Source of the DNA: Marinilabilia sp.
Lineage (GTDB): Bacteria > Bacteroidota > Bacteroidia > Bacteroidales > Marinilabiliaceae
NCBI RefSeq assembly: GCF_016278715.1
Contig: NZ_JADQBH010000108.1
Span: 6,761 to 70,760, forward strand
Length of the DNA stretch: 64,000 bases
Reading direction: 5' to 3'
Numbering within the stretch: the stretch's first letter is position 1; every line of letters begins with the position of its first letter. The notes under the pieces are model-generated. The model saw only the letters and a program-made list of their open reading frames with translations. It was not told the origin of the DNA and did no database searches. The translations under genes were made by a program, and so were the position numbers. This document shows positions 28,334 to 37,977 of the stretch, in pieces.

Positions 28334-31300
28334 ATGAAAAAAATGTGGTTTTTGACGTTTCTGCTGACCCAATTCAGCCGAGGCAAAACTTTGAAAGTTA
28401 TGAAACTATCAATCGCAATGCTGATGTTTTTCGGTTTTCAACTGTCGGCATCAGTAGTCTTTAGTCAGGACAGTAAACTATCCGTAAACGCCAATCAGGA
28501 AAGAATAGGTACTGTGCTGGAAGAGATCGAGCAACAAACTTTTTACCGGTTTGCCTACAGCTCCCAATTCATTGACATGGATAGAAAAGTATCCATAAAC
28601 GTAAAGGATGCCAACATTAATGAAGTCTTAATGATGGTATTTGATGATACCGACACTGAATTTGTCATCGAAGATGAGTTTGTAATTCTGATTCCAAAAA
28701 TCACCAATGCTGAAGGGAGCATCAGTAATAACCGTTCAACACTCTTTCTTCAACAAAATGGAAAAATCATTTCAGGAAGAGTTGTGGATCCATCGGGAGA
28801 CCCGGTTCCAGGAGCCTCCATTGTCATAAAAGGCTCAACAACGGGAACCATAACGGATATGGAAGGAAATTATACCTTACCGCAGGTGCCGGAAGATGCC
28901 ACATTGGTTTTCTCCTTTGTGGGAATGAAAAGCCAGGAAGTAGCAGTCGCCGGAAGAACAACCATTGACATACAATTTCAGGAAGAATTGATGGGTCTTG
29001 ATGAAGTCGTGGTAATCGGCTACGGAACTGTAAAGAAAAGTGATTTAACAGGAGCTGTAGGAACATTGAAATCGGACCAACTGGATGAACAAACAAATAA
29101 CAATTTAGGAACTGCCCTGCAGGGAAAAATCGCAGGTGTAAGTATTGAATCGGCTGGAGGTGCTCCCGGAGCAGGGATGAGATTCCAAATAAGAGGAGCC
29201 GGCTCTCTGAACAACAACAATCCTCTGATTCTGGTTGATGACATTCCCGTTTCGTCAATGAACAACATCAGTCCACACGACATCGAATCTATTCAAATAC
29301 TAAAAGATGCATCGGCAGCTGCAATTTACGGCTCCCGTGCGGCTAATGGGGTGATATTGATAAGTACCAAAGCAGGCAAAGAAGGACCTGTGAAAATTAA
29401 TCTGAATGTAGATTATGGCATTCAAAAAGTGGCCAACACACTTGATTTAACCAACACCGAGGAGTGGATTAGAATTGCCGACGCAGCAACCAGCGCAGCA
29501 GATATAGACCTTCCCTCGATAGGTGTAAACCCGGAAGAACCCGGCGAAGGGATCGACTGGCAGGATGAGATATTCAGGACCGCCCCCGTGCAGAACCTGT
29601 TTTTGAATGCCACCGGTGGAAGTCAGCACATGAACTACAGTGTTTCATTGGGATATCTCAATCAGGACGGAGTCATTAAAGAAACCGGATACAACAGGGG
29701 AACGCTTAGAATCAAAACCGACTTCAAAAAGGGGCGCTTTAGAATTGGAGAAACCGTGTTGCTCTCTACTGAAACGGTGGATAATCAGCCCGGAGTTGCC
29801 GGTCAGGGAGGCAATGTAATTGGCTCTGCAGCTTTAATGGTACCGGCTTTCTCAATAAAAAACGACGAGGCAATTGGGGGCTATGGCGGCGCCTATGGCT
29901 CTGTTCTGGACATTTTCAACCCTGTAGCCGCCCTTAACCTTAAAGAAAACCAGGACAGCTACTATAAAGCATTAATCAACCTGTTTACCGAAGTTGATTT
30001 ATTTAAAGGGATGAAATATAAGTTCAGTACCGGTCTGACTGCTACCGAAGCAAAAAACATCTCCAAAGAACAGCGATATGAAGTGGGCTCATTTTTCAGA
30101 AATGAAAACAATTACATTTACGAAAGAAGCGCCATGGATAAATACTGGCAAATTGAAAACACTCTGTCTTTCAACCGCGATTTCGGGGCCCACTCTTTCA
30201 ATGCAGTAATTGGACAAACCTCCTACGATTATCATTACCACCAGTTCTCAGCCTCCAAGAAGGGAATGCCCGATGGGAAATGGGTAATGGACTCCGGAAC
30301 CGATGAGCCATCAGCAAATGGATATGAAAATGAGAATACCATGATCTCCTATCTGGGACGTTTGATCTACTCATTTGATAACAGATACATTTTTACAGGA
30401 ACATTCAGACGTGATGGTTCGTCAAGGTTCAGTGACGCGAACCAATGGGGTAATTTTCCGTCCATATCGGCTGCGTGGAATATTGCCAACGAAGCATTTT
30501 TTGAGGATTGGACCCAGGTGGTTTCTCAATTAAAACTCAGAGGAAGCTATGGAAAACTTGGCAACCAGGAAATCGGAGACTATCAGTACATGGGCCTGAT
30601 TACCTCAGCAATTAGTTATGGTGTAGGACAACCCAACTCCCTGTGGGTAGGGAATATTCAGACTGAGTATGTGCCGGAAAACCTGAAATGGGAAACCACC
30701 ACCACCTCTAATATAGGACTTGATTTATCACTGTACAGAGGAAAACTAAATGTAAATTTTGATACCTATAAAAAAGTCACAACCGACCTTCTGCTTCGGG
30801 TTCCCATTCCATTGTCTGTTGGTGCCGACCAGGATCCATACAACAATGCCGGAAAAGTATCGAACAGGGGATACGAAGTAATGCTCAACTACAATGGAAA
30901 TGTCAATAATGACTTCAAATATTCCATTTCAGGGACTTTGGCACATGCCAAAAATGAGGTAGAGGAACTGAGCACTGGTTCTCAGGTACTGGCAGGTGGA
31001 AGTGCCACACACAACGGGCCTTCAGTCACCTACACAAAAGTTGGACATCCGATGTACTCTTTCTTCCTTATCAAAACAGATGGTTTGTTTAGATCGGAAA
31101 GTGAATTGGAAGCTCACCGCAAGGATGGAGCTCCTATCCAGCCCAATGCCCAGGTAGGCGATATCAGGTTTATTGATGCCAATGATGATGGCCAGATAGA
31201 TGGTAACGACCGCGTATTTTGCGGAAGTCCTTTCCCCGATTTGGAATATGGTATCAGGTTAGAAGGTTCCTGGCGTAATTTTGACCTATCAATGTTCTTT

Positions 31301-31729
31301 CAGGGAACATCAGGCAATAAAATATTTAATGGCATCAGCACCTATACCGAATCGGGACGTTTCACCTCGAACTACTCAACCAAATTGCTTGATTCGTACA
31401 CTTTTAATCCCCAATCGGATATTCCCAGACTGGACATCTCCGACCCTAATGGAAACGGGGTGGATAACAGTGACCGGTTCCTTGAAGATGGGTCTTATTT
31501 CCGGTTCAGGACGCTTCAGGTGGGATATTCACTCCCTTCTCCTTTGTTAAGTCAGCTATCGATGGAAAAATGTCGTGTGTACATTGGTGTTGATAACCTT
31601 TTCACTGTAACAGATTACACAGGATTCAACCCGGACATAGGAAACAGTTCTATTTCCAACAGAGGAATTGATTTCAGACAATATCCATTAAACCGTTCAT
31701 TCCATGCAGGGCTTCAATTGACTTTCTAA
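28334..31729 (+). CDS. susC: SusC/RagA TonB-dependent transporter with N-terminal STN extension
   Basis: STN-like domain, EVVVIGYG, LKDASAAAIYGSRAANGVILI, C-terminal YPLNRSFHAGLQLTF; start taken at ATG 28334. Confidence 0.95.
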   Translation: MKKMWFLTFLLTQFSRGKTLKVMKLSIAMLMFFGFQLSASVVFSQDSKLSVNANQERIGTVLEEIEQQTFYRFAYSSQFIDMDRKVSINVKDANINEVLMMVFDDTDTEFVIEDEFVILIPKITNAEGSISNNRSTLFLQQNGKIISGRVVDPSGDPVPGASIVIKGSTTGTITDMEGNYTLPQVPEDATLVFSFVGMKSQEVAVAGRTTIDIQFQEELMGLDEVVVIGYGTVKKSDLTGAVGTLKSDQLDEQTNNNLGTALQGKIAGVSIESAGGAPGAGMRFQIRGAGSLNNNNPLILVDDIPVSSMNNISPHDIESIQILKDASAAAIYGSRAANGVILISTKAGKEGPVKINLNVDYGIQKVANTLDLTNTEEWIRIADAATSAADIDLPSIGVNPEEPGEGIDWQDEIFRTAPVQNLFLNATGGSQHMNYSVSLGYLNQDGVIKETGYNRGTLRIKTDFKKGRFRIGETVLLSTETVDNQPGVAGQGGNVIGSAALMVPAFSIKNDEAIGGYGGAYGSVLDIFNPVAALNLKENQDSYYKALINLFTEVDLFKGMKYKFSTGLTATEAKNISKEQRYEVGSFFRNENNYIYERSAMDKYWQIENTLSFNRDFGAHSFNAVIGQTSYDYHYHQFSASKKGMPDGKWVMDSGTDEPSANGYENENTMISYLGRLIYSFDNRYIFTGTFRRDGSSRFSDANQWGNFPSISAAWNIANEAFFEDWTQVVSQLKLRGSYGKLGNQEIGDYQYMGLITSAISYGVGQPNSLWVGNIQTEYVPENLKWETTTTSNIGLDLSLYRGKLNVNFDTYKKVTTDLLLRVPIPLSVGADQDPYNNAGKVSNRGYEVMLNYNGNVNNDFKYSISGTLAHAKNEVEELSTGSQVLAGGSATHNGPSVTYTKVGHPMYSFFLIKTDGLFRSESELEAHRKDGAPIQPNAQVGDIRFIDANDDGQIDGNDRVFCGSPFPDLEYGIRLEGSWRNFDLSMFFQGTSGNKIFNGISTYTESGRFTSNYSTKLLDSYTFNPQSDIPRLDISDPNGNGVDNSDRFLEDGSYFRFRTLQVGYSLPSPLLSQLSMEKCRVYIGVDNLFTVTDYTGFNPDIGNSSISNRGIDFRQYPLNRSFHAGLQLTF

Positions 31730-31802
31730 AAAAGCCTGTTTGGATCTCCACAACATGAATGAGAAGAAAATCAGAATTATGGATCATTTAAAAATATCAA
31801 TT

Positions 31803-33314
31803 ATGAAACTCAAATATATTCTAACAGTCTTTGCTGTCATCGCGCTCTCAGGCTGTTCCGAATCTTTCCTGGATTTGGAAAACCCCAACAAGGTGACGAA
31901 TGATAATTTCTGGAAAACGGAAAATGACCTGAATTCAGGGGTTGCCACCATTTACAGTGCGCTGGTCGAAGATTATACCGGGCACTATGGAACAGTAAAC
32001 TGGGAACTTAAAGCAGGGCGAACAGAAAATTTCACCATCCGAAATGATGTCAGAAGCAGATATGAAATATCGGCCTATCTCAATACCTTCAGCAACGGAA
32101 GCTCCTCCGACCTGTACAAAGGTTACTACATCGGGATTTTCAGAGCCAATCAGGTTATTCAAAATGGTCTGATTATGGATATTGATGAAAATGTAAAAAA
32201 TCAACTAATTGCAGAAGCCAAATTCCTACGCGGGTTAAATTACTTCTTCCTGGCCATTGATTTTGGAGCGGTGCCCATTTTTACCACAGTGGCTGCAACT
32301 TCAGAGGAATATTATGCTCCCAAGTCATCTCTTGAAGATGTTTGGCAACAGTGTATTTCAGACTTCACAGATGCCAAATTACACCTTCCCGAAGGGTATC
32401 CCGACGATCAAACAGGCCGGGCTACCAAAGGTGCGGCCATGGCATTTTTAGGACGGGCATACCTCTACCGTCATGAATATGACAAGGCACTCATCGAGCT
32501 TAAAGCAATTGTTGACAATGAAAATCAGTATGGTTATGGCCTTCAGGAAGAATATGCCGAGCTGTTTGATGGTCAGCATGAAAATGGAATAGAAAGTGTT
32601 TTTGAACTTCAATACAGCCTGCTTGGTGGTCCTGACATCTGGACCGGCAATCCTGCCAGCAAGACCCGGGCTACATTTATTGCCCAGGAGTGTGCTCCCG
32701 GAGAAGTTGGCGGATGGTTTGAATTGTACCCCACCCGCGTTTTATTGGATGCTTTTCTGGAAGAACCCCCAGCCTCAGGGAATTTCGACCCAAGAGCCCT
32801 GGCAACTCTGGCGTGGGATCACCCCGGAAGTATCTATTATCAAAGAGAATTTAGTTCCACCTGGGGGCCGGAAGAAATATGGTTGCGCAAAAATCAAAAC
32901 TGGTGGAACGAAAACGAAGGTGACTGGAAATCGGAACTAAACGAATACGGGATGCGATATGCCGATGTTCTTTTAATGCTGGCAGAAGCTTATACAATGG
33001 AAGGACAGCCCGGAGATGCAGCACCTCTGGTACATCGCATTCGCCAAAGGGCAAATTTGACGGACAAACTGACTGAAATGACCGGCTATAACCAGGAAGA
33101 AATGATGATTGAGATCAAACATCAGCGTAATCTGGAATTTGCCAGAGAAGGGCTTCATTTTTATGACCTCAGAAGATGGGGCATTTTAGAAGAAACAATT
33201 AAGGAAAAACAAGTTACGGGCTATCAAAATTACACTTCCAAATTTGAGTATTATCCAATTCCCGAAAATGAACTGGACAACAACCCAGAAATGGAACAAA
33301 ATGCTCCCTGGTAA
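31803..33314 (+). CDS. susD: SusD/RagB lipoprotein
   Basis: Lipobox ALSGC, EAKFLRG, RYADVLLMLAEA, EFAREG and YDLRRWG motifs; start taken at ATG 31803. Confidence 0.95.
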   Translation: MKLKYILTVFAVIALSGCSESFLDLENPNKVTNDNFWKTENDLNSGVATIYSALVEDYTGHYGTVNWELKAGRTENFTIRNDVRSRYEISAYLNTFSNGSSSDLYKGYYIGIFRANQVIQNGLIMDIDENVKNQLIAEAKFLRGLNYFFLAIDFGAVPIFTTVAATSEEYYAPKSSLEDVWQQCISDFTDAKLHLPEGYPDDQTGRATKGAAMAFLGRAYLYRHEYDKALIELKAIVDNENQYGYGLQEEYAELFDGQHENGIESVFELQYSLLGGPDIWTGNPASKTRATFIAQECAPGEVGGWFELYPTRVLLDAFLEEPPASGNFDPRALATLAWDHPGSIYYQREFSSTWGPEEIWLRKNQNWWNENEGDWKSELNEYGMRYADVLLMLAEAYTMEGQPGDAAPLVHRIRQRANLTDKLTEMTGYNQEEMMIEIKHQRNLEFAREGLHFYDLRRWGILEETIKEKQVTGYQNYTSKFEYYPIPENELDNNPEMEQNAPW

Positions 33315-33326
33315 ATAAACATAATT

Positions 33327-33452
33327 AGTCTTTGCAAGAAAACGCCAACTACTGCGCTACGCTGGTTTTTAAAACAGTCATCTACTATTTGTAAACTCCT
33401 TGGTTTTAAATACTTCGAAAGCCTTGTGTTTGACGTTTTCTTATCAAAGACT
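33327..33452. mobile_element. 126-bp MITE-like element with imperfect 22/23-bp terminal inverted repeats
   Basis: Left agtctttgcaagaaaacgccaa; right end reverse-complemented agtctttgataagaaaacgtcaa; no ORF. Confidence 0.6.
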
Positions 33453-33485
33453 GGAAAATCCTTAGTTTTCTTGCAGGTACTAATT

Positions 33486-33527
33486 AAAAAAAAGGCTGTG
33501 GATGCGACAGCCTTTTTTTTATCTTTG
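33486..33527 (+). terminator. Terminator after susD whose T tract runs into a TATCTTTG -7 box for the GH3 gene
   Basis: aaaggctgt / acagccttt stem, T tract, TATCTTTG at 33520-33527. Confidence 0.7.
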
Positions 33528-33614
33528 ACATACACCCATCCAACAAGACAAAAACCAAATATCCATGATTGTCAATTTTCAGTACCTCTTTTCAATTAAC
33601 TGAACTATACACAA

Positions 33615-36056
33615 ATGAAAAATTCTACAAAAATTATGATTTCCTTTGTATGTTTGTTACTTACTGTACAATGTACTCCAACCCGAATAAACAAGGAAAC
33701 ACAAGACAGAATGAAAAAAACAGAAGAAATTGTTGATTCCATGACCCTTGAGCAAAAGGCCCGGTTAGTTATAGGCACCGGAATGGTATTTGAGTTGCCC
33801 GACGGAGTTGAGGCTCCATTCGAAGATCCCTTAAAAGCCTATTCAGATACCACCTATGCGCAAATGGTGAAAAAAATACGTGAGGTCTTACCGGGAGCTG
33901 CTGGTTTTACCGCTGAATTTCCGGAAATGGGTATCACCTCTCAGGTGCTGGCTGACGGGCCTGCAGGTCTGCGAATTTCGCCAAAACGCAAAGGAACGGA
34001 TGACACTTTTTATTGCACTGCTTTTCCAATTGCCACATTGCTGGCCTCTTCCTGGGATACCGAACTGGTAGAAGAAGTTGGCAGCGCTATGGGGAAAGAG
34101 GTTTTGGAATACGGAGGCGACATCCTTCTGGCACCGGCTCTCAATATCCAACGAGATCCCCTTTGTGGACGAAATTTTGAATATTACTCGGAAGATCCGC
34201 TCATAAGCGGGAAAATGGCCGCAGCCATTGTCAATGGCGTACAATCAAACGGAGTGGGCACATCCATAAAACATTTTGCCGCAAACAATCAGGAGACCAA
34301 CAGGCTTTCCGTCAACACCATCATTAGTGAGCGGGCCCTCAGAGAAATTTATCTGCGCGGATTTGAAATTGCCGTCAGAGAATCACAACCGTGGACTGTG
34401 ATGTCGGCCTACAACAAGATTAATGAAGAGTATGCATCAGAAAGTCACGATCTGCTAACCAAAATACTTCGCGACGACTGGGGTTTTGAAGGTTACGTGG
34501 TTACTGACTGGGGGGCAGGCGATGACCTTGCAGCACAGATGAAGGCAGGAAATGACCTGATAATGCCCGGGCAGCCCAATCAAATAGAAAAAATCATTCA
34601 GGAGGTAAAAGAAGGCAGGTTGGATGAAGAAGTCCTTGATGAAAACATAAAACGAATTCTTTCAGTAATGATGAAGACTCCTAAATACAGGGGATACAAT
34701 TACTCACTCAATCCCGATTTAAAAGCACACGCACAAATAGCCCGCCAGGTTGCGGCTGAAGGGATGGTACTATTGGAAAACCGAAACGAGGCTTTGCCTG
34801 TTTCAAGCGACCTGACCAAAAAGGTTGCTGCATTTGGCAATTCATCTTATGAATTCATCTCGGGTGGAACCGGAAGCGGCGATGTGAATGAAGCATACAC
34901 CATTTCCCTTATTGAAGGCCTTGAGAATGGAAATTTCCAGGCCAACGACGAATTAGAAAAACGCTACAATGCTCACATTGAAGCCATGAGAGCCAAAGCC
35001 GGGGCTCCCAGGAACTGGTTAACTGCGTTAATGGGAGGTAGAGAAACGGTTGATGAGTTAGAGGTATCTCCTGAAATGGCATCCGATATGGCTGAGAAGA
35101 CCGATATTGCACTTATTACCATCGGTCGAAACTCAGGTGAAGCAGGGGACCGGGAAGCTGTTGCAGGAGATTTTTATCTGACAGAAACAGAAAAAAAACT
35201 CATAAAAAATGTCTCTGAGGCATATCAGTCCAAAGAAAAAAAAGCTATTGTAATTCTTAACATCGGAGGGCCGGTTGAGACGGCCAGTTGGAAGCACATC
35301 CCGGATGCCGTTTTACTCGCCTGGCAACCCGGGCAGGAAGCAGGAAACGCTGTGGTTGATATTCTCTCCGGAAAAGTCAATCCATCAGGAAAGCTGGCTG
35401 TTTCCTTTCCGGTTGCTTATGAAGACAGTCCGTCATCCTCAACTTTCCCCGGACAGCCCATCGAAGGAACTACGGAAGAAGCTCCTGACCTATCCGGATT
35501 TTCTATGATGAAAAGAACTCCCTGGGAAGTGTCTTATGAAGATGACATCTTTGTCGGTTACCGCTATTACAAAACCTTTGAAAAGACTGTATCTTATGAA
35601 TTCGGTTATGGACTTTCCTATACAGGTTTTTCCTACAATAATTTAAAGATCTCCTCCCGTGAATTCACCGATAAACTAACATTGTCCGTCGAAATCGCTA
35701 ATACTGGAGCTATTGCAGGAAGGGAGATTGTTCAGGTGTATTTGACTGCTCCAGAAGGAAAGCTGGTAAAACCATCATTGGCACTCATAAATTTTGGTAA
35801 AACAAACCTCTTGCAGCCAGGAGAAAGCGAAAAACTTACTTTTGAAATATCAGCACGTGACCTCACCTTTTTCGACGCGGAAGCAGGTGCATGGACTGCA
35901 GAAGCTGGAGATTATGCAGTTAGTGTAGGTTCATCATCTAATCAAATAAAGCAAAACGAAAACTTTTCACTGCAGAACACAATTCTGGTAGAGAAAGTTT
36001 CGAAACATGCTCTGTCCCCCACCCGGGAAATAACCAAACTGACGCCTGCAAGATAG
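33615..36056 (+). CDS. GH3 beta-glucosidase-like enzyme with Fn3-like domain
   Basis: DGPAGLR, SIKHFAANNQE, VVTDW (nucleophile) and AWQPGQEAG motifs. Confidence 0.92.
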   Translation: MKNSTKIMISFVCLLLTVQCTPTRINKETQDRMKKTEEIVDSMTLEQKARLVIGTGMVFELPDGVEAPFEDPLKAYSDTTYAQMVKKIREVLPGAAGFTAEFPEMGITSQVLADGPAGLRISPKRKGTDDTFYCTAFPIATLLASSWDTELVEEVGSAMGKEVLEYGGDILLAPALNIQRDPLCGRNFEYYSEDPLISGKMAAAIVNGVQSNGVGTSIKHFAANNQETNRLSVNTIISERALREIYLRGFEIAVRESQPWTVMSAYNKINEEYASESHDLLTKILRDDWGFEGYVVTDWGAGDDLAAQMKAGNDLIMPGQPNQIEKIIQEVKEGRLDEEVLDENIKRILSVMMKTPKYRGYNYSLNPDLKAHAQIARQVAAEGMVLLENRNEALPVSSDLTKKVAAFGNSSYEFISGGTGSGDVNEAYTISLIEGLENGNFQANDELEKRYNAHIEAMRAKAGAPRNWLTALMGGRETVDELEVSPEMASDMAEKTDIALITIGRNSGEAGDREAVAGDFYLTETEKKLIKNVSEAYQSKEKKAIVILNIGGPVETASWKHIPDAVLLAWQPGQEAGNAVVDILSGKVNPSGKLAVSFPVAYEDSPSSSTFPGQPIEGTTEEAPDLSGFSMMKRTPWEVSYEDDIFVGYRYYKTFEKTVSYEFGYGLSYTGFSYNNLKISSREFTDKLTLSVEIANTGAIAGREIVQVYLTAPEGKLVKPSLALINFGKTNLLQPGESEKLTFEISARDLTFFDAEAGAWTAEAGDYAVSVGSSSNQIKQNENFSLQNTILVEKVSKHALSPTREITKLTPAR

Positions 36057-36117
36057 ATTTCTTTCCCGGAATAGTCGGGATTTGCAACAACAATCGTTTA
36101 ACAATATTCAAAGAAAA

Positions 36118-36156
36118 GAGGGGTTGATTTCCGTTTTGGCCGGAAATCAACCCCTC
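36118..36156. terminator. Perfect 16-bp hairpin between convergent GH3 and GH43
   Basis: gaggggttgatttccg / cggaaatcaacccctc; U tract on the minus strand. Confidence 0.8.
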
Positions 36157-36229
36157 CTACTATAAAATATGAGTCATAACGGGTAGAACAGCCTGTCCCA
36201 ACAAATCGGGGAAGCAATTTATTCCGCTG

Positions 36230-37933
36230 TTAATCTAAACCTTCAGCATACATGCCAATATAAGTCCCCACGAAGCCACCAGCAGTGGCAGTGCTCAGAT
36301 AAGTGGCATCCTGTCCGTCAGCCAGACTCTCCCATTCCTCTTTATCCTCAGAAATCAGGAAATCCAGGAACTCCCCTCGCCCGTCAATTCTTAGCAGGAT
36401 TGAATCATCTGCACCAAGCCCTGTTTTTTTCATCGCCAGTCGCTTCTTTTCAGGTGTCCCCTGTCTGATAATGGTCTTTTCAACAAATGCAACCAGTTCT
36501 CCTTGTTCATAAGCAACCCCAAGAAAATAATTATTGGTTTCGGTTCTGAAACAAACCAAACCGGCACGATCATTTAAATCTCCGGCAACAAGAGAAATCT
36601 CTGCAGAAGCCGAAAAATTTTGATGCTGCTGCCTTCGTCCAATAAATGCAGGATTCTTGGCTTCCCTGAAAGTTACCGGTCGAAAATCTATTCGCAAATC
36701 ACCCCCGGTAATTTCATACCAGTCATCCTTGGGAGTACGAATAAAATTCCAATAAAGCTCAAGTGAGTCACTCTCAAAATCATCCCGAACGGTAAAGTTC
36801 CCATTCGGAAAAAATTCATTTTCCACACCAGAATTCAGTTGGTGAGACGACTTAACCGTCAACGGAACCTCCTTTCCTGACTCCAGAATAACCGGCCACC
36901 CATCTTTCCAACTCACCGGCAAAAGAAATGTCTCACGCCCTGTGTTAAAATGATTATCCAAATAGGGTCTGACACCCAGAAATACTGCCCACCAGCTGCC
37001 GTCTTCAAACTTGATTAAGTCGGCATGTCCGGTAGATGTAACAGGATTTGGGCGGTCAGAATCCAAATTTCGTTGAGTAAGAATGGGGTTTCCCTCATAA
37101 GATTCATACGGTCCGGTGACATTTCGACTACGAAATACAACTTCGGAATGAGCTTCAGCAGTTCCGCCTTCAGCAGCCATGAGATAATAAAATCCATTGA
37201 CTTTGTAGATATGAGGTCCTTCGATCCAAATGGGTTTTTGGGAAATATCATGGCCTCCATCAACAATCATTTTACGGGGTCCGGTCATTTCATCCTTATC
37301 CACATCGTATTCCTGAATCCAAATAGCTTTGTGTCCTGGATAAATAGATTCTCCCCGTGGGTCTCCGTTATTCACAACCCAGGCACGCCCGTCATCATCA
37401 AAAAACAAGGATGGGTCGATACCGGGAACCTCCGGAATTAAAACAGGATCGCTCCAAGGGCCGGCAGGATCTTTGGCTTTAACCAAAAAATTCCCGTCTC
37501 CCCCCACAAAAGTCGTTACCATATAAAAAGTATCATTGTGCGGATTATAGCTGATTGCAGGAGCAAAAACACCTTCCGAAATCTCCTGATTGGTAATATT
37601 CAGCTGCGACGGTCTGTCAAGCACATGCCCAATCTGTTTCCAGTTAACCAGGTCGTTACTGTGAAAAACCGGAACACCCGGGAAGAAGGAAAATGTGGAG
37701 TTAACCAGATAATAATCACCCTCCTTCTTACAAATTGACGGATCGGGATAAAAACCACTCAGAACAGGGTTGAAAAATTCGTTCTCTCCAGGCTGATTTT
37801 CATTATAATACTCGTCGTTTCCTTCGTATTCGAACCAATGAAAGAAGGCGCCTTTTGTCACATCTTCAGGAGAACTGCATGAGGCCACCAGAATAAAAAA
37901 TGGCAGCAGAATAAAAATTCTGAGTTTTAACAT
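36230..37933 (-). CDS. GH43 beta-xylosidase / alpha-L-arabinofuranosidase lipoprotein with C-terminal beta-sandwich
   Basis: Lipobox VASC, NPVLSGFYPDPSI, IDPSLFFDDDG, WIEGPH and TGHADL motifs. Confidence 0.92.
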   Translation of the reverse strand: MLKLRIFILLPFFILVASCSSPEDVTKGAFFHWFEYEGNDEYYNENQPGENEFFNPVLSGFYPDPSICKKEGDYYLVNSTFSFFPGVPVFHSNDLVNWKQIGHVLDRPSQLNITNQEISEGVFAPAISYNPHNDTFYMVTTFVGGDGNFLVKAKDPAGPWSDPVLIPEVPGIDPSLFFDDDGRAWVVNNGDPRGESIYPGHKAIWIQEYDVDKDEMTGPRKMIVDGGHDISQKPIWIEGPHIYKVNGFYYLMAAEGGTAEAHSEVVFRSRNVTGPYESYEGNPILTQRNLDSDRPNPVTSTGHADLIKFEDGSWWAVFLGVRPYLDNHFNTGRETFLLPVSWKDGWPVILESGKEVPLTVKSSHQLNSGVENEFFPNGNFTVRDDFESDSLELYWNFIRTPKDDWYEITGGDLRIDFRPVTFREAKNPAFIGRRQQHQNFSASAEISLVAGDLNDRAGLVCFRTETNNYFLGVAYEQGELVAFVEKTIIRQGTPEKKRLAMKKTGLGADDSILLRIDGRGEFLDFLISEDKEEWESLADGQDATYLSTATAGGFVGTYIGMYAEGLD

Positions 37934-37977
37934 AACGGAAGTGTTTTTTATTTGTGCGACCCGGGTGTTTACCCGGC

